35,459 nt of DNA, taken from IMG/VR virus record IMGVR_UViG_3300024255_000080, positions 1 to 35,459 of that record. One strand, 5' to 3'. Source of the stretch: a virus. Its lineage: Duplodnaviria > Caudoviricetes. The notes below the pieces were generated by a model, which did no database searches, was not told the DNA's origin, and saw only the letters and a list, made by a program, of their open reading frames with translations. This document shows positions 28,332 through 35,459 of this stretch, piece by piece; the first letter of the stretch is position 1; the number at the start of each line of letters is the position of its first letter. The position numbers and the translations under genes were made by a program.

Positions 28332-28898
28332 TTATTCACCTTCTTCTTCAGCTGCTCCTCTTGGATCACCTGTGAAAGCTTCTCTACATTGATCAATTTT
28401 GTTAACATAAGCTTCACTCATTTCGCTCATCATAGCTTCGTAAGTTTCGTTAGACATTTCTTGATCTTCATTAAGTGCTGTATATGCTTCTTCTAAAGCT
28501 TGAGCTGCTAATGTTGCAACTAGTGCAGCATTTTCTTTCATGTAAGTTGATAGAGTATGATCTTCATAATCATCACCTGTATATTCGCATGCTTCCATAA
28601 CAACGCTCTTATAGGTTTTAACCATTTGTTCAGCAACTTTCAACGCTGCTTCTTCAGGTTCTTCAGTTCCTTGCTCTTCTTCGTCCTCTTCAACCTCTTC
28701 AGTTTCTTCGACGTCGTCAGCATCTGCAACTTCGTCTTCTCTGTCTTCTTCTTCTTCTACTTCTTGATCGTTAAAATTTTCAACGTCATCAGTTTCTCCT
28801 TCTGGTGCTGGATAACCTTCTGGATTGTCGTGTTCTCCTACATCAGATCCCTTTAGGTTCTTGCTGTACTCTTCGAACGATAATATTTGTTTTGCCAT
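28332..28898 (-). CDS. Highly acidic protein (188 aa), putative prohead core / internal head protein
   Basis: N-terminal KQILSFEEY resembles T4-like core/internal-protein leaders; long E/D tract; [VL]-x-E sites (VVME-A, ALNE-D); GATATATA motif upstream. Confidence 0.6.
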   Translation of the reverse strand: MAKQILSFEEYSKNLKGSDVGEHDNPEGYPAPEGETDDVENFNDQEVEEEEDREDEVADADDVEETEEVEEDEEEQGTEEPEEAALKVAEQMVKTYKSVVMEACEYTGDDYEDHTLSTYMKENAALVATLAAQALEEAYTALNEDQEMSNETYEAMMSEMSEAYVNKIDQCREAFTGDPRGAAEEEGE

Positions 28899-28924
28899 AA
28901 TATTTTATTATTGTTTTCTTTTAT

Positions 28925-28932
28925 TATATATC
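28925..28932 (-). promoter_or_regulatory. GATATATA putative late promoter for 28332..28898
   Basis: Intergenic, 26 nt before the ATG. Confidence 0.6.
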
Positions 28933-28941
28933 ACGTTTAAT

Positions 28942-31722
28942 TTATAAAGTCGTAATCTTCTGTTTTTTCATCCAAGATTCTAATTCACTAACTGCTCTGT
29001 CAAATATCCTACTTCTACCATAGTCCATTCCAAATGCATTGAAATATTCTTTCATTTCATAGTATGCTGGTTCAATTTCTTCGTCATTTGCAACTTTATC
29101 TGAAATTCCCATAGAAACTGAGTATGCATAATATGCAGCTCTTTCCGACATAGTGTCTGTCATTTGAGTGTAAAATGTACTACCATAAAATGTACCAACA
29201 ATATCTCCGAACTGATCTTTCATTTCCATCCATGATTTGCCTTCTAATCCAATCCATAATTTAGCTTGAACTGATTTAGTTGCTTTTCTAATAAAACCTT
29301 CCTTTGCCATGTCTTTTGAAATATCAATGATTTTTTTAGGAATAGGTAAGTTACCATGTTCTTTTTCCCAGTCACTAATATCTTTGTCATTTATAAAAGA
29401 TTCATGTAAGTGTTTTACAAACTTTAAGTTCTTTCTAGATTCAACATATTTTTCTGGATCATTTTGCATTACGTTCTTTTCCAAGAATGCAGCATTAACG
29501 TCAAATGATTTATCTATTTTCGCTATTAATTTAGCCATATTGCCAAGAGAAATACCAGCTTCTTTCATTGCATCTTTGATTTTAATAGTACCATCAACAA
29601 CACGCTGAGCATATCCTTTTGGTGAGAATTTACTTTCGTTCATTCCTAATAATCTTTCTCTTTCTTGTTCTAATGCTTGAAGTGTTTCATTATCTAAAGG
29701 TTCACCATCTCCACCTACTTCATCTTCAATTTGTTGGTCGATAACTTTAATAGCTTTTTTGATAGCAGATTTAGACATACCTTCAGTAACTACAGATTCA
29801 AAGTCACTCTTATTTTTATTATAGTATTTTTGAGTAGCCATTGGAAGTTTAAATATAGAAGTACCATCTTTAAGAGCTCTTTCAATTTGCTTGATCATTC
29901 TATCTTCAGAAGCTTCAGTAACTAATGATTCATCAAGAGCTATAGATTTATCAACTATATTAAAATCAACCGTATCATGAATACTAGTCTTTTTCTTTCC
30001 TTCTTTGCCTTTCTTTATTTCAACATAAGCATCTTGGCCTCCAACTTGACCTTCAACTCTTTTGTAGAAATAACCATATTGAGTTTGAATATACTCACCT
30101 GGTTGAATTTTACTTTGTTTAGCATATATGCCTTCAGTAAGAGGTTTAATATACCTCATTTGTTTTGACTCTTTCATGTTGTCTATTTCTTTTGATTTTT
30201 TCATTGCCCAATCGACACCTTCATCTCCACCCCAGATTAACCAAGAAACATAACCTTTATCTTTCCAAGGTGTTGCTTTTAATTCTGGTTTAATTGATGA
30301 ATTTTTTCTATGTCTATTAAACGATGCCATTCTCTTTACAGTGTCAGCTGAGATCTTTTCACCTTTAGCTAATTGATTTGCACGTGTCCAACCGACTGCA
30401 GTACCTGCATCTACTTCGTCTCTTCCGTGTTCGTCTCTCCAATCAAGTGCTTTCTTAGCATTTTTCTTGGCAGCGGCAGGATAATCGTTGTAAGTATCTT
30501 CCTCGTTTATCATTGATTCTCCTAAAGATGGTGCGTTATCTGTTCCACATTTATGACAAGTATACATGTCATCTCCGCCATCCTGCTTTAACCAAGTCCA
30601 TGAGCAATTGCCACATGTTATATTGTTAGGCGATTCAGATTCTTTCGACGGCTTTGAATGTTTGAATTTACCCAATTTATCGCTTAATCCAATTTCTGAT
30701 TCTACACCTTCTTTAAGTCCTTTGTCATGACCACCATCTCTAACTTCTTTAGCAACATCTTTGTCTGCTCCACCCCATGTACCGTCGCCTTTAGTTAAGA
30801 ATGCATTTACTCGTGCATATCCCCATTGTTGTTCAGTTGCACCTGGTCTGTGGCCAGTTTTCCATGCAGCCATACCTCTTCGCATTATAATTCTAATTAA
30901 AGCAATCGGTACACCCGTTTCTTCAGCTTTAGTCTTAAGCGCTGTTTCTATTTTAGCATCTGATATTTTACCTCTGTCACCTTCGGCTTTATCTTCATTA
31001 ACTACTGATTCGTCTTTTTTATCACCATATAGCTCATGATATTTCTTTACATGTTTAGATGTTTTGACTTCACCTTTATCTTTGGCTTCTTTATCGCCTG
31101 GTAATTCTTTATAAGCATCTGGATCATCATCTTCCATTTCAGCTTGCTTTTTCATTTTAACAGCTTTCTTCTCTTCTTCGTCACCACCTAAACCTCTCAT
31201 ATATGGATCTGGTCCTGGTTTTGCATCTGCCTCAGCAACTGCAAATTGACTGTCAGTATATAGTGCTTCTAACCATTCTAAGAATTCAGGTGTTTTCTTC
31301 ATTACCTTTTTGTGACCGTATTCTTTAAAGAATTCTTTTTGAAAAGAGTCAAAGTTTTTGTGGTTACTAATCATATGGTGTATATCAGACATTACACCTT
31401 CGAGTATTGTGATAGGTCTATTTTCCATCTCTTCTATATCTATGTCTTTAGTTGTTTTTTCTTTTTTCTTGGCAGTGTCTATTTTACCTTTAAGAATTTC
31501 GGCTTGTTTTTGTAACATTAGTTTTTCAGCCTCGCTTTCAGATTGTCTAAGTTGAATTTTAGCTAAAGAAGCTTGCATTTTTCCAGAAGGTTCTTCAGAA
31601 TCTGCCAGTTCTTTGGCTTTATTAATAGCATCCTCTTTTTTAGAAACCAGTTTACCAATCTTTTTATTGATTTGCTTAACTTTGCTTTTTACGCTAGGTG
31701 CCTTTTCTTTAATGTATCTCAT
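28942..31722 (-). CDS. 926-aa mosaic protein, putative capsid-packaged polyprotein (DUF5824-like domain, Zn ribbon, other small modules)
   Basis: RRGMAAWKTGHRPGATEQQWGYARVNAF (DUF5824-like), CGNC...CHKC Zn ribbon, and DYP...GWTRANQLA...WLIWGG module, separated by ESVVNE/ESMINE/ESLVTE/ESVVTE linkers. Confidence 0.7.
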   Translation of the reverse strand: MRYIKEKAPSVKSKVKQINKKIGKLVSKKEDAINKAKELADSEEPSGKMQASLAKIQLRQSESEAEKLMLQKQAEILKGKIDTAKKKEKTTKDIDIEEMENRPITILEGVMSDIHHMISNHKNFDSFQKEFFKEYGHKKVMKKTPEFLEWLEALYTDSQFAVAEADAKPGPDPYMRGLGGDEEEKKAVKMKKQAEMEDDDPDAYKELPGDKEAKDKGEVKTSKHVKKYHELYGDKKDESVVNEDKAEGDRGKISDAKIETALKTKAEETGVPIALIRIIMRRGMAAWKTGHRPGATEQQWGYARVNAFLTKGDGTWGGADKDVAKEVRDGGHDKGLKEGVESEIGLSDKLGKFKHSKPSKESESPNNITCGNCSWTWLKQDGGDDMYTCHKCGTDNAPSLGESMINEEDTYNDYPAAAKKNAKKALDWRDEHGRDEVDAGTAVGWTRANQLAKGEKISADTVKRMASFNRHRKNSSIKPELKATPWKDKGYVSWLIWGGDEGVDWAMKKSKEIDNMKESKQMRYIKPLTEGIYAKQSKIQPGEYIQTQYGYFYKRVEGQVGGQDAYVEIKKGKEGKKKTSIHDTVDFNIVDKSIALDESLVTEASEDRMIKQIERALKDGTSIFKLPMATQKYYNKNKSDFESVVTEGMSKSAIKKAIKVIDQQIEDEVGGDGEPLDNETLQALEQERERLLGMNESKFSPKGYAQRVVDGTIKIKDAMKEAGISLGNMAKLIAKIDKSFDVNAAFLEKNVMQNDPEKYVESRKNLKFVKHLHESFINDKDISDWEKEHGNLPIPKKIIDISKDMAKEGFIRKATKSVQAKLWIGLEGKSWMEMKDQFGDIVGTFYGSTFYTQMTDTMSERAAYYAYSVSMGISDKVANDEEIEPAYYEMKEYFNAFGMDYGRSRIFDRAVSELESWMKKQKITTL

Positions 31723-32432
31723 GTTAAAATTTTGGGATTCCCCCTATTTTTGCGGCTCTTTTTCTCCAAAGATCTAATACTTCTACATATTCTTTTTTGT
31801 CAATTACACCACTTTCTAATTGAGTATCTAAGTATCTGTTAACTGCATCACTCATCGGCTCTTTTCTTTTTTTAGCCTCAAATCTAAGTCCTTGTAAATT
31901 TGCATCAACTTCCTTAGGTAACATTAAATAATGTGCATAAGGTAAAAGTTTCATATTAATAAGACTTCTCATTTCACTATCGTCTTCAATTGGTTTACCA
32001 TATCTATAGTTACCTGTATCTACACCGTCCTGTGTAATGTGTTCCATTTCATGGCGAATAACATCTGCTAAATGAAAATAAACAGTTGACCATTCCCCTG
32101 GAATCCAATCTGGATTAATACCGAAATCAATAATAATATATGGAGTTTGAAAATCACCTTCATCATCCTCGTCTCGGCCATCTGCACCAGTCGATGGCAA
32201 AACCTCAAAACCTTTAAACTTTTTATCAACATGGAGAGTAGCTTCAAAATCAAATTCTAAATTAACTCTTCCGCGTTCTTCTATTTGATCACCATAATTA
32301 ATGACAGCATTGCCACTTTTATACGTGTCTACCCATTTTCTAAATGTCAGTTTAGTTAGCTTAGATGCAAGTCCATCATATCTAGATCTGCCTTCTCCTA
32401 TAAAACCCTCATAAGCTTTAATGTATCTCATG
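31707..32432 (-). repeat. 17-bp exact direct repeat CATGAGATACATTAAAG at the starts of two adjacent genes (31707-31723 and 32416-32432)
   Basis: Both encode MRYIK; a third, degenerate copy (ATGAGGTATATTAAA, MRYIK) begins at 30159 inside the 926-aa ORF. Confidence 0.85.
31724..32431 (-). CDS. HExxH zincin-like metallopeptidase with a capsid-targeting-like leader (235 aa)
   Basis: DVIRHEMEHITQ plus downstream YLMLPKEVDA (third-ligand Glu); N-terminus MRYIKAYEGFIGE resembles the T4 internal-protein targeting leader MKTYQEFIAE. Confidence 0.7.
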   Translation of the reverse strand: MRYIKAYEGFIGEGRSRYDGLASKLTKLTFRKWVDTYKSGNAVINYGDQIEERGRVNLEFDFEATLHVDKKFKGFEVLPSTGADGRDEDDEGDFQTPYIIIDFGINPDWIPGEWSTVYFHLADVIRHEMEHITQDGVDTGNYRYGKPIEDDSEMRSLINMKLLPYAHYLMLPKEVDANLQGLRFEAKKRKEPMSDAVNRYLDTQLESGVIDKKEYVEVLDLWRKRAAKIGGIPKF

Positions 32433-32435
32433 GTT

Positions 32436-32443
32436 TATATATC
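32436..32443 (-). promoter_or_regulatory. GATATATA putative late promoter, 4 nt before ATG 32431
   Basis: Immediately after a terminator: GATATATAaaccATG. Confidence 0.65.
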
Positions 32444-32445
32444 AC

Positions 32446-32475
32446 AAAAAAAAGGGAAGCTATTCGCTTCCCTTT
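32446..32475 (-). terminator. Intrinsic terminator
   Basis: Minus strand AAAGGGAAGC-GAATA-GCTTCCCTTT then TTTTT: perfect 10-bp stem with an 8-U run, 30 nt after the 32505 stop. Confidence 0.9.
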
Positions 32476-32504
32476 GACCCCAACATATATTATGCCTAAA
32501 TAAT

Positions 32505-32750
32505 CTAACTGTTGACGGAGCCTGAATCAGCCAATGCTGTACCATCGTCAGTTGTTGTGAAAATCTCGTTTAATGTTTCTAGACAATCGTCTGCGTCTGC
32601 ATACGACCTTACTAATTTATCCATTTCTTCTAGAATCTGTGGGTGTTCACCGATTCCTGCTGAGTTTTTCATGTAAACTTCTAATGTTGCAAGAGCTTCT
32701 AACTTCTGCGCTTCATATTTCAATCTTAGCGCCTCTACCTTTAAATTCAT
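32505..32750 (-). CDS. Conserved small phage protein (81 aa, GIGEH motif)
   Basis: LEVYMKNSAGIGEHPQILEEMDKL helical hairpin of a type common in T4-like marine phages; function unknown. Confidence 0.7.
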   Translation of the reverse strand: MNLKVEALRLKYEAQKLEALATLEVYMKNSAGIGEHPQILEEMDKLVRSYADADDCLETLNEIFTTTDDGTALADSGSVNS

Positions 32751-32754
32751 AAAT

Positions 32755-32961
32755 CTAATTTTTTTTGTTTTTTAATTCATCGATTATCATTTGCAATCCT
32801 CTGAATAAAATAGCAGGAACAGCAAATGTCCAAAACTGGTCTGTGTTTATTTTGAATAATGCTACAAGCCAAAATATATTTGACTGAACTCCCATTTGAT
32901 TATTTAACATATAAGTTAAGAATGTACCGAAATGACGGAGTAATTTGTTTAGGTGTTTCAT
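32755..32961 (-). CDS. Small putative membrane protein (68 aa)
   Basis: Hydrophobic/aromatic segments with basic termini; in operon context. Confidence 0.55.
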   Translation of the reverse strand: MKHLNKLLRHFGTFLTYMLNNQMGVQSNIFWLVALFKINTDQFWTFAVPAILFRGLQMIIDELKNKKN

Positions 32962-32980
32962 AAGTGTAATTTTATAAGGG

Positions 32981-33910
32981 TTATACTAGTTGATGTTGAA
33001 ATTGTTTCACATATTTTTGAAGTGCCAATTCTTTAGCCTTAGCTTCTAATTCAATATCTAAATCTAGACCATATGTTTCAATATACTCATAGATATAATC
33101 TGAGTGTGCACGTTTATTTGTTTGTGTTTCATCTTCATGTAATTGTTGACAGGAAGAAAAATGTACTAATTGTTTAATATCTTTTGGCCATGTAGTTGAT
33201 GCCAGTTTAAGTGCTTCTTCCTGAGTCAATTCTCCAGGATGACACCAATGATGGTGATAATCAAATGTAATAGGAATACCTATTTTATTGTGTATGCCTA
33301 CATATAGATCTTCGGTAGTATATTGACTTTCTTTGTCATCGTTTTCTACAACGAGTCTCTTACGCACACCTGCATCTAATAAATAAAAGTTATCTACAAA
33401 CCTTTGCATTGCCTCGTCTTTACCACCCTGTGTAGTATTGACATGGATATTGATAGGTGCAGAATGATCACGTGGTAAACCAAGTAGATCCATGATCTCG
33501 CCGTGTTTATTAAGATCAATGATACATTTGTCAACTACTCGCTGAGTAAGTGATGCTAAAACATCGAATGGGCCGGGGTGAAATGTTAATCTTTGACCGT
33601 TATCCATTGCTATTTTACCAGCACCTTTAAGTGTATTAGCAATCTTAGTATAATCTGGTAAATCAGACAATTCATACTCGCTCATCCATGGAAACATGTC
33701 AGAGCTGATACGGAACAACTTGATACCATTGCGATTATTCCAATTAACAATCTTAACTAAGTCTTTGGCATTAAGTAATGCTAATTCAGATGCGTATACA
33801 ATGCCCTTTTCTGCAAACGTACGCTTGATCATACCTCTGTTTGTGGTAATCTTATCTGATTTCTGTAACGTGGTATTGATACAACAGTACCCGTAATTAC
33901 TTTTTGTCAT
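32981..33910 (-). CDS. uvsE: UV-damage endonuclease UvsE/UVDE
   Basis: YGYCCIN, LFRISSDMFP, RLTFHPGPF, INIHV, RLVVENDD, ITFDYHHH, VHFS, AHSDY, ELEAKAKELA. True start is probably ATG 33910 (MTKSNYGY); the track's extra 44 aa overlap the upstream ORF. Confidence 0.95.
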   Translation of the reverse strand: MTKSNYGYCCINTTLQKSDKITTNRGMIKRTFAEKGIVYASELALLNAKDLVKIVNWNNRNGIKLFRISSDMFPWMSEYELSDLPDYTKIANTLKGAGKIAMDNGQRLTFHPGPFDVLASLTQRVVDKCIIDLNKHGEIMDLLGLPRDHSAPINIHVNTTQGGKDEAMQRFVDNFYLLDAGVRKRLVVENDDKESQYTTEDLYVGIHNKIGIPITFDYHHHWCHPGELTQEEALKLASTTWPKDIKQLVHFSSCQQLHEDETQTNKRAHSDYIYEYIETYGLDLDIELEAKAKELALQKYVKQFQHQLV

Positions 33911-34115
33911 TTCCAAATATAGTTTTAATAAAGTTAATAATAAAGAGTATGGCATACACTGGCCAAATAATTGTAACACCAATTCTCTGTGTGTGATTAA
34001 ACCTAAGCGATTCGTCTTTGATTCCTGAAACCAATAGATCATACGCTAAGTTAAATATTATACCACACATCACGTATAGTGTAATAATGTTTAGGAGTGT
34101 CATATCTGCTAGCAT
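33897..34115 (-). CDS. Small membrane protein with two predicted TM helices (72 aa)
   Basis: LLNIITLYVMCGIIFNLAY and IGVTIIWPVYAILFIINFI hydrophobic stretches. Confidence 0.7.
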   Translation of the reverse strand: MLADMTLLNIITLYVMCGIIFNLAYDLLVSGIKDESLRFNHTQRIGVTIIWPVYAILFIINFIKTIFGNDKK

Positions 34116-34137
34116 GTATATTGTATATTGTTTTTTG

Positions 34138-34731
34138 CTATTGTTTCAATTGATCCCAATTTAAAAAGTCCTGCCATTTGTTTTCTTTTATTAGTTTAAC
34201 CCAGAGTTTAGCATATTTTCTTTCTTTAGGTTTTAATATATGTCGAGGTTGTTCAGGTATTAATCGAGGTTGTTTATCTGCACTGAATGTTCGGTCCAAT
34301 GCAATTGATTTAATATGAAAGTAAAGTTCTCTAGTCGTACCATCAAACTCTTCCATTTCTTTTTCAATAAGAGAGTGTTCTAGATCAAACTCCTCTGCGA
34401 GTTTATTTCTAATTTCACGTAACAATAAATCTTCCGCCTTTAGGTGTGCAGACATGATTTTATCTTTACGCTTATTCATTTGTTTTCTAGAATCTCTGAT
34501 AGCCTCTTCTAATGTATCTTCTTTGAGCCATGGTGATTCTTCAGTAATTCTTTTAATTTCAGCTTTGTGGATTGCATCTTCTAAATGAACTTCTCTGCCT
34601 AAATTATTAAACTCATACTCACCAAATTCTATTCTCTGTAAAAATTCACTAGCGCCTTTATATAGATAATTCTTAGGTAGTTTTACACCACCGTGAAATC
34701 TACGCCACCATGTAAACATTCTACTACTCAT
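34138..34731 (-). CDS. Hypothetical protein (197 aa)
   Basis: FTWWRRF N-terminus, charged helices; TAATG coupling with the upstream gene. Confidence 0.7.
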   Translation of the reverse strand: MSSRMFTWWRRFHGGVKLPKNYLYKGASEFLQRIEFGEYEFNNLGREVHLEDAIHKAEIKRITEESPWLKEDTLEEAIRDSRKQMNKRKDKIMSAHLKAEDLLLREIRNKLAEEFDLEHSLIEKEMEEFDGTTRELYFHIKSIALDRTFSADKQPRLIPEQPRHILKPKERKYAKLWVKLIKENKWQDFLNWDQLKQ

Positions 34732-35015
34732 TAACTTAGTTTCTGTAAAAGATTATCGATGTCATCTTTACCAGTCCATCCAGCAACTTCGTCATTAGTG
34801 TCTAAAAACTTATCAGTGACAAAACTTCCTTCCTCAGAATTCTCCCATATAGCAACTTCGAATGAACTGAATTTACTAGAACTACTTAAGTCCTCGCGTG
34901 GAGTACTGTAAACAAACTTACCAGCTTGAATACTTACTGTAACATCTTTAAATTTTACAGTAGCTCCGATGCCACCATGATGTTGCTTCTTAAATTTTAA
35001 ATCTTTGAATTTCAT
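34731..35015 (-). CDS. Hypothetical phage protein (94 aa)
   Basis: MKFKDLKF...SIQAG...YSTPR...FEVAI...DEVAGW pattern typical of small phage proteins. Confidence 0.7.
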   Translation of the reverse strand: MKFKDLKFKKQHHGGIGATVKFKDVTVSIQAGKFVYSTPREDLSSSSKFSSFEVAIWENSEEGSFVTDKFLDTNDEVAGWTGKDDIDNLLQKLS

Positions 35016-35026
35016 ATTGTTTTATT

Positions 35027-35459
35027 TTAAAAATTACCAGGTGCAACTTGCATACAAGTTAAACCCATATCTCTCCACATATCAACTACCTTTTGTCTGT
35101 CATCAAATACACAAACTACATCGTCAATATGACCTTGTGTTGGAAATAAGTCGTTAAACCATTTCTTCTTAAGATCGTCATCCGGCATAAACTTAAAGTC
35201 GCTGCTAGTCGGTCTCATCTTCAATACATTAAATGGTACATCAAACTTTTTTAACCAAGCTTTAGTAGCGTCTTTAGTAGCTTTAGATCTTCCACTAAAA
35301 ATAACAATCATGTGGCCAGCTGCATCTAGCATTTGAGCCATTTTAATTACAGCATCGTGTGGTTGGTCAAGATCAATGTTCTTAGGATCAAAGAAAGTGT
35401 CCCAATCCATTTTACCATTGTCCTTTATAGAAATAGCTCTTCGCTTATCGATGAGAGCT
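35027..35459 (-). CDS. HAD-family phosphatase, T4 PseT (polynucleotide kinase) 3'-phosphatase-like; 5' end outside the window
   Basis: FSGR, LKMRP..D..PDD..KK, VFDDRQKVVDMWR..GL.C.QVA.G.F. The frame stays open from 35410 to the right edge (ALIDKRRAISIKDNGKMDWD), so the DxDGT motif is expected upstream. Confidence 0.85.
   Translation of the reverse strand, partial: ALIDKRRAISIKDNGKMDWDTFFDPKNIDLDQPHDAVIKMAQMLDAAGHMIVIFSGRSKATKDATKAWLKKFDVPFNVLKMRPTSSDFKFMPDDDLKKKWFNDLFPTQGHIDDVVCVFDDRQKVVDMWRDMGLTCMQVAPGNF

Noticed and set aside
259-33896. All plus-strand ORFs in the track (61-133 aa)
   Set aside because: Each lies antisense to a longer, motif-bearing minus-strand gene and has the Ser/Phe/Leu-rich composition of a shadow frame.
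33911-34042. N-terminal 44-aa extension of UvsE in the track
   Set aside because: It overlaps the 72-aa membrane-protein gene; the UvsE family begins at the GYCCIN motif just after ATG 33910.
1-35459. tRNA, rRNA, CRISPR array, intron/intein, transposase or diversity-generating retroelement
   Set aside because: Intergenic gaps are all under about 75 nt and AT-rich; no cloverleaf, spaced repeats, homing-endonuclease, intein or reverse-transcriptase motifs were seen by eye. tRNAscan-SE and Infernal would be needed to exclude them formally.

Overview
This is an AT-rich (roughly one-third GC) segment of a large T4-like myophage genome, probably a jumbo phage of a Bacteroidota/Flavobacteriia host (host is inferred). 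Every credible gene is on the minus strand, tightly packed, in the standard genetic code. In transcription order (right to left) it holds: (1) a PseT-like HAD 3'-phosphatase (partial), small hypotheticals and a UvsE UV-damage endonuclease; (2) three probable head-packaged proteins (an HExxH protein, a 926-aa mosaic protein punctuated by prohead-protease-like [LIVM]-x-E sites, and an acidic 188-aa protein), bracketed by two intrinsic terminators; (3) dCMP deaminase, a DinG/XPD-type Fe-S helicase, a 2OG-Fe(II) oxygenase and six hypotheticals; (4) a ~23 kb baseplate/neck operon with gp48-, gp53-, gp27-, gp54-, gp5-, gp13-, gp25-, gp6- and gp7-like genes and large structural proteins, ending in a >1100-aa ORF missing from the ORF track. 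Most notable: a four-domain ribosomal protein bS1 homologue and an amidoligase/beta-helix fusion sit inside the structural operon, each behind a recurring GATATATA late-promoter-like motif. Three copies of that motif lie only 4-5 nt from an ATG, suggesting leaderless late mRNAs and possibly a late translation-reprogramming system. All family calls come from motif recognition by eye, not database searches.
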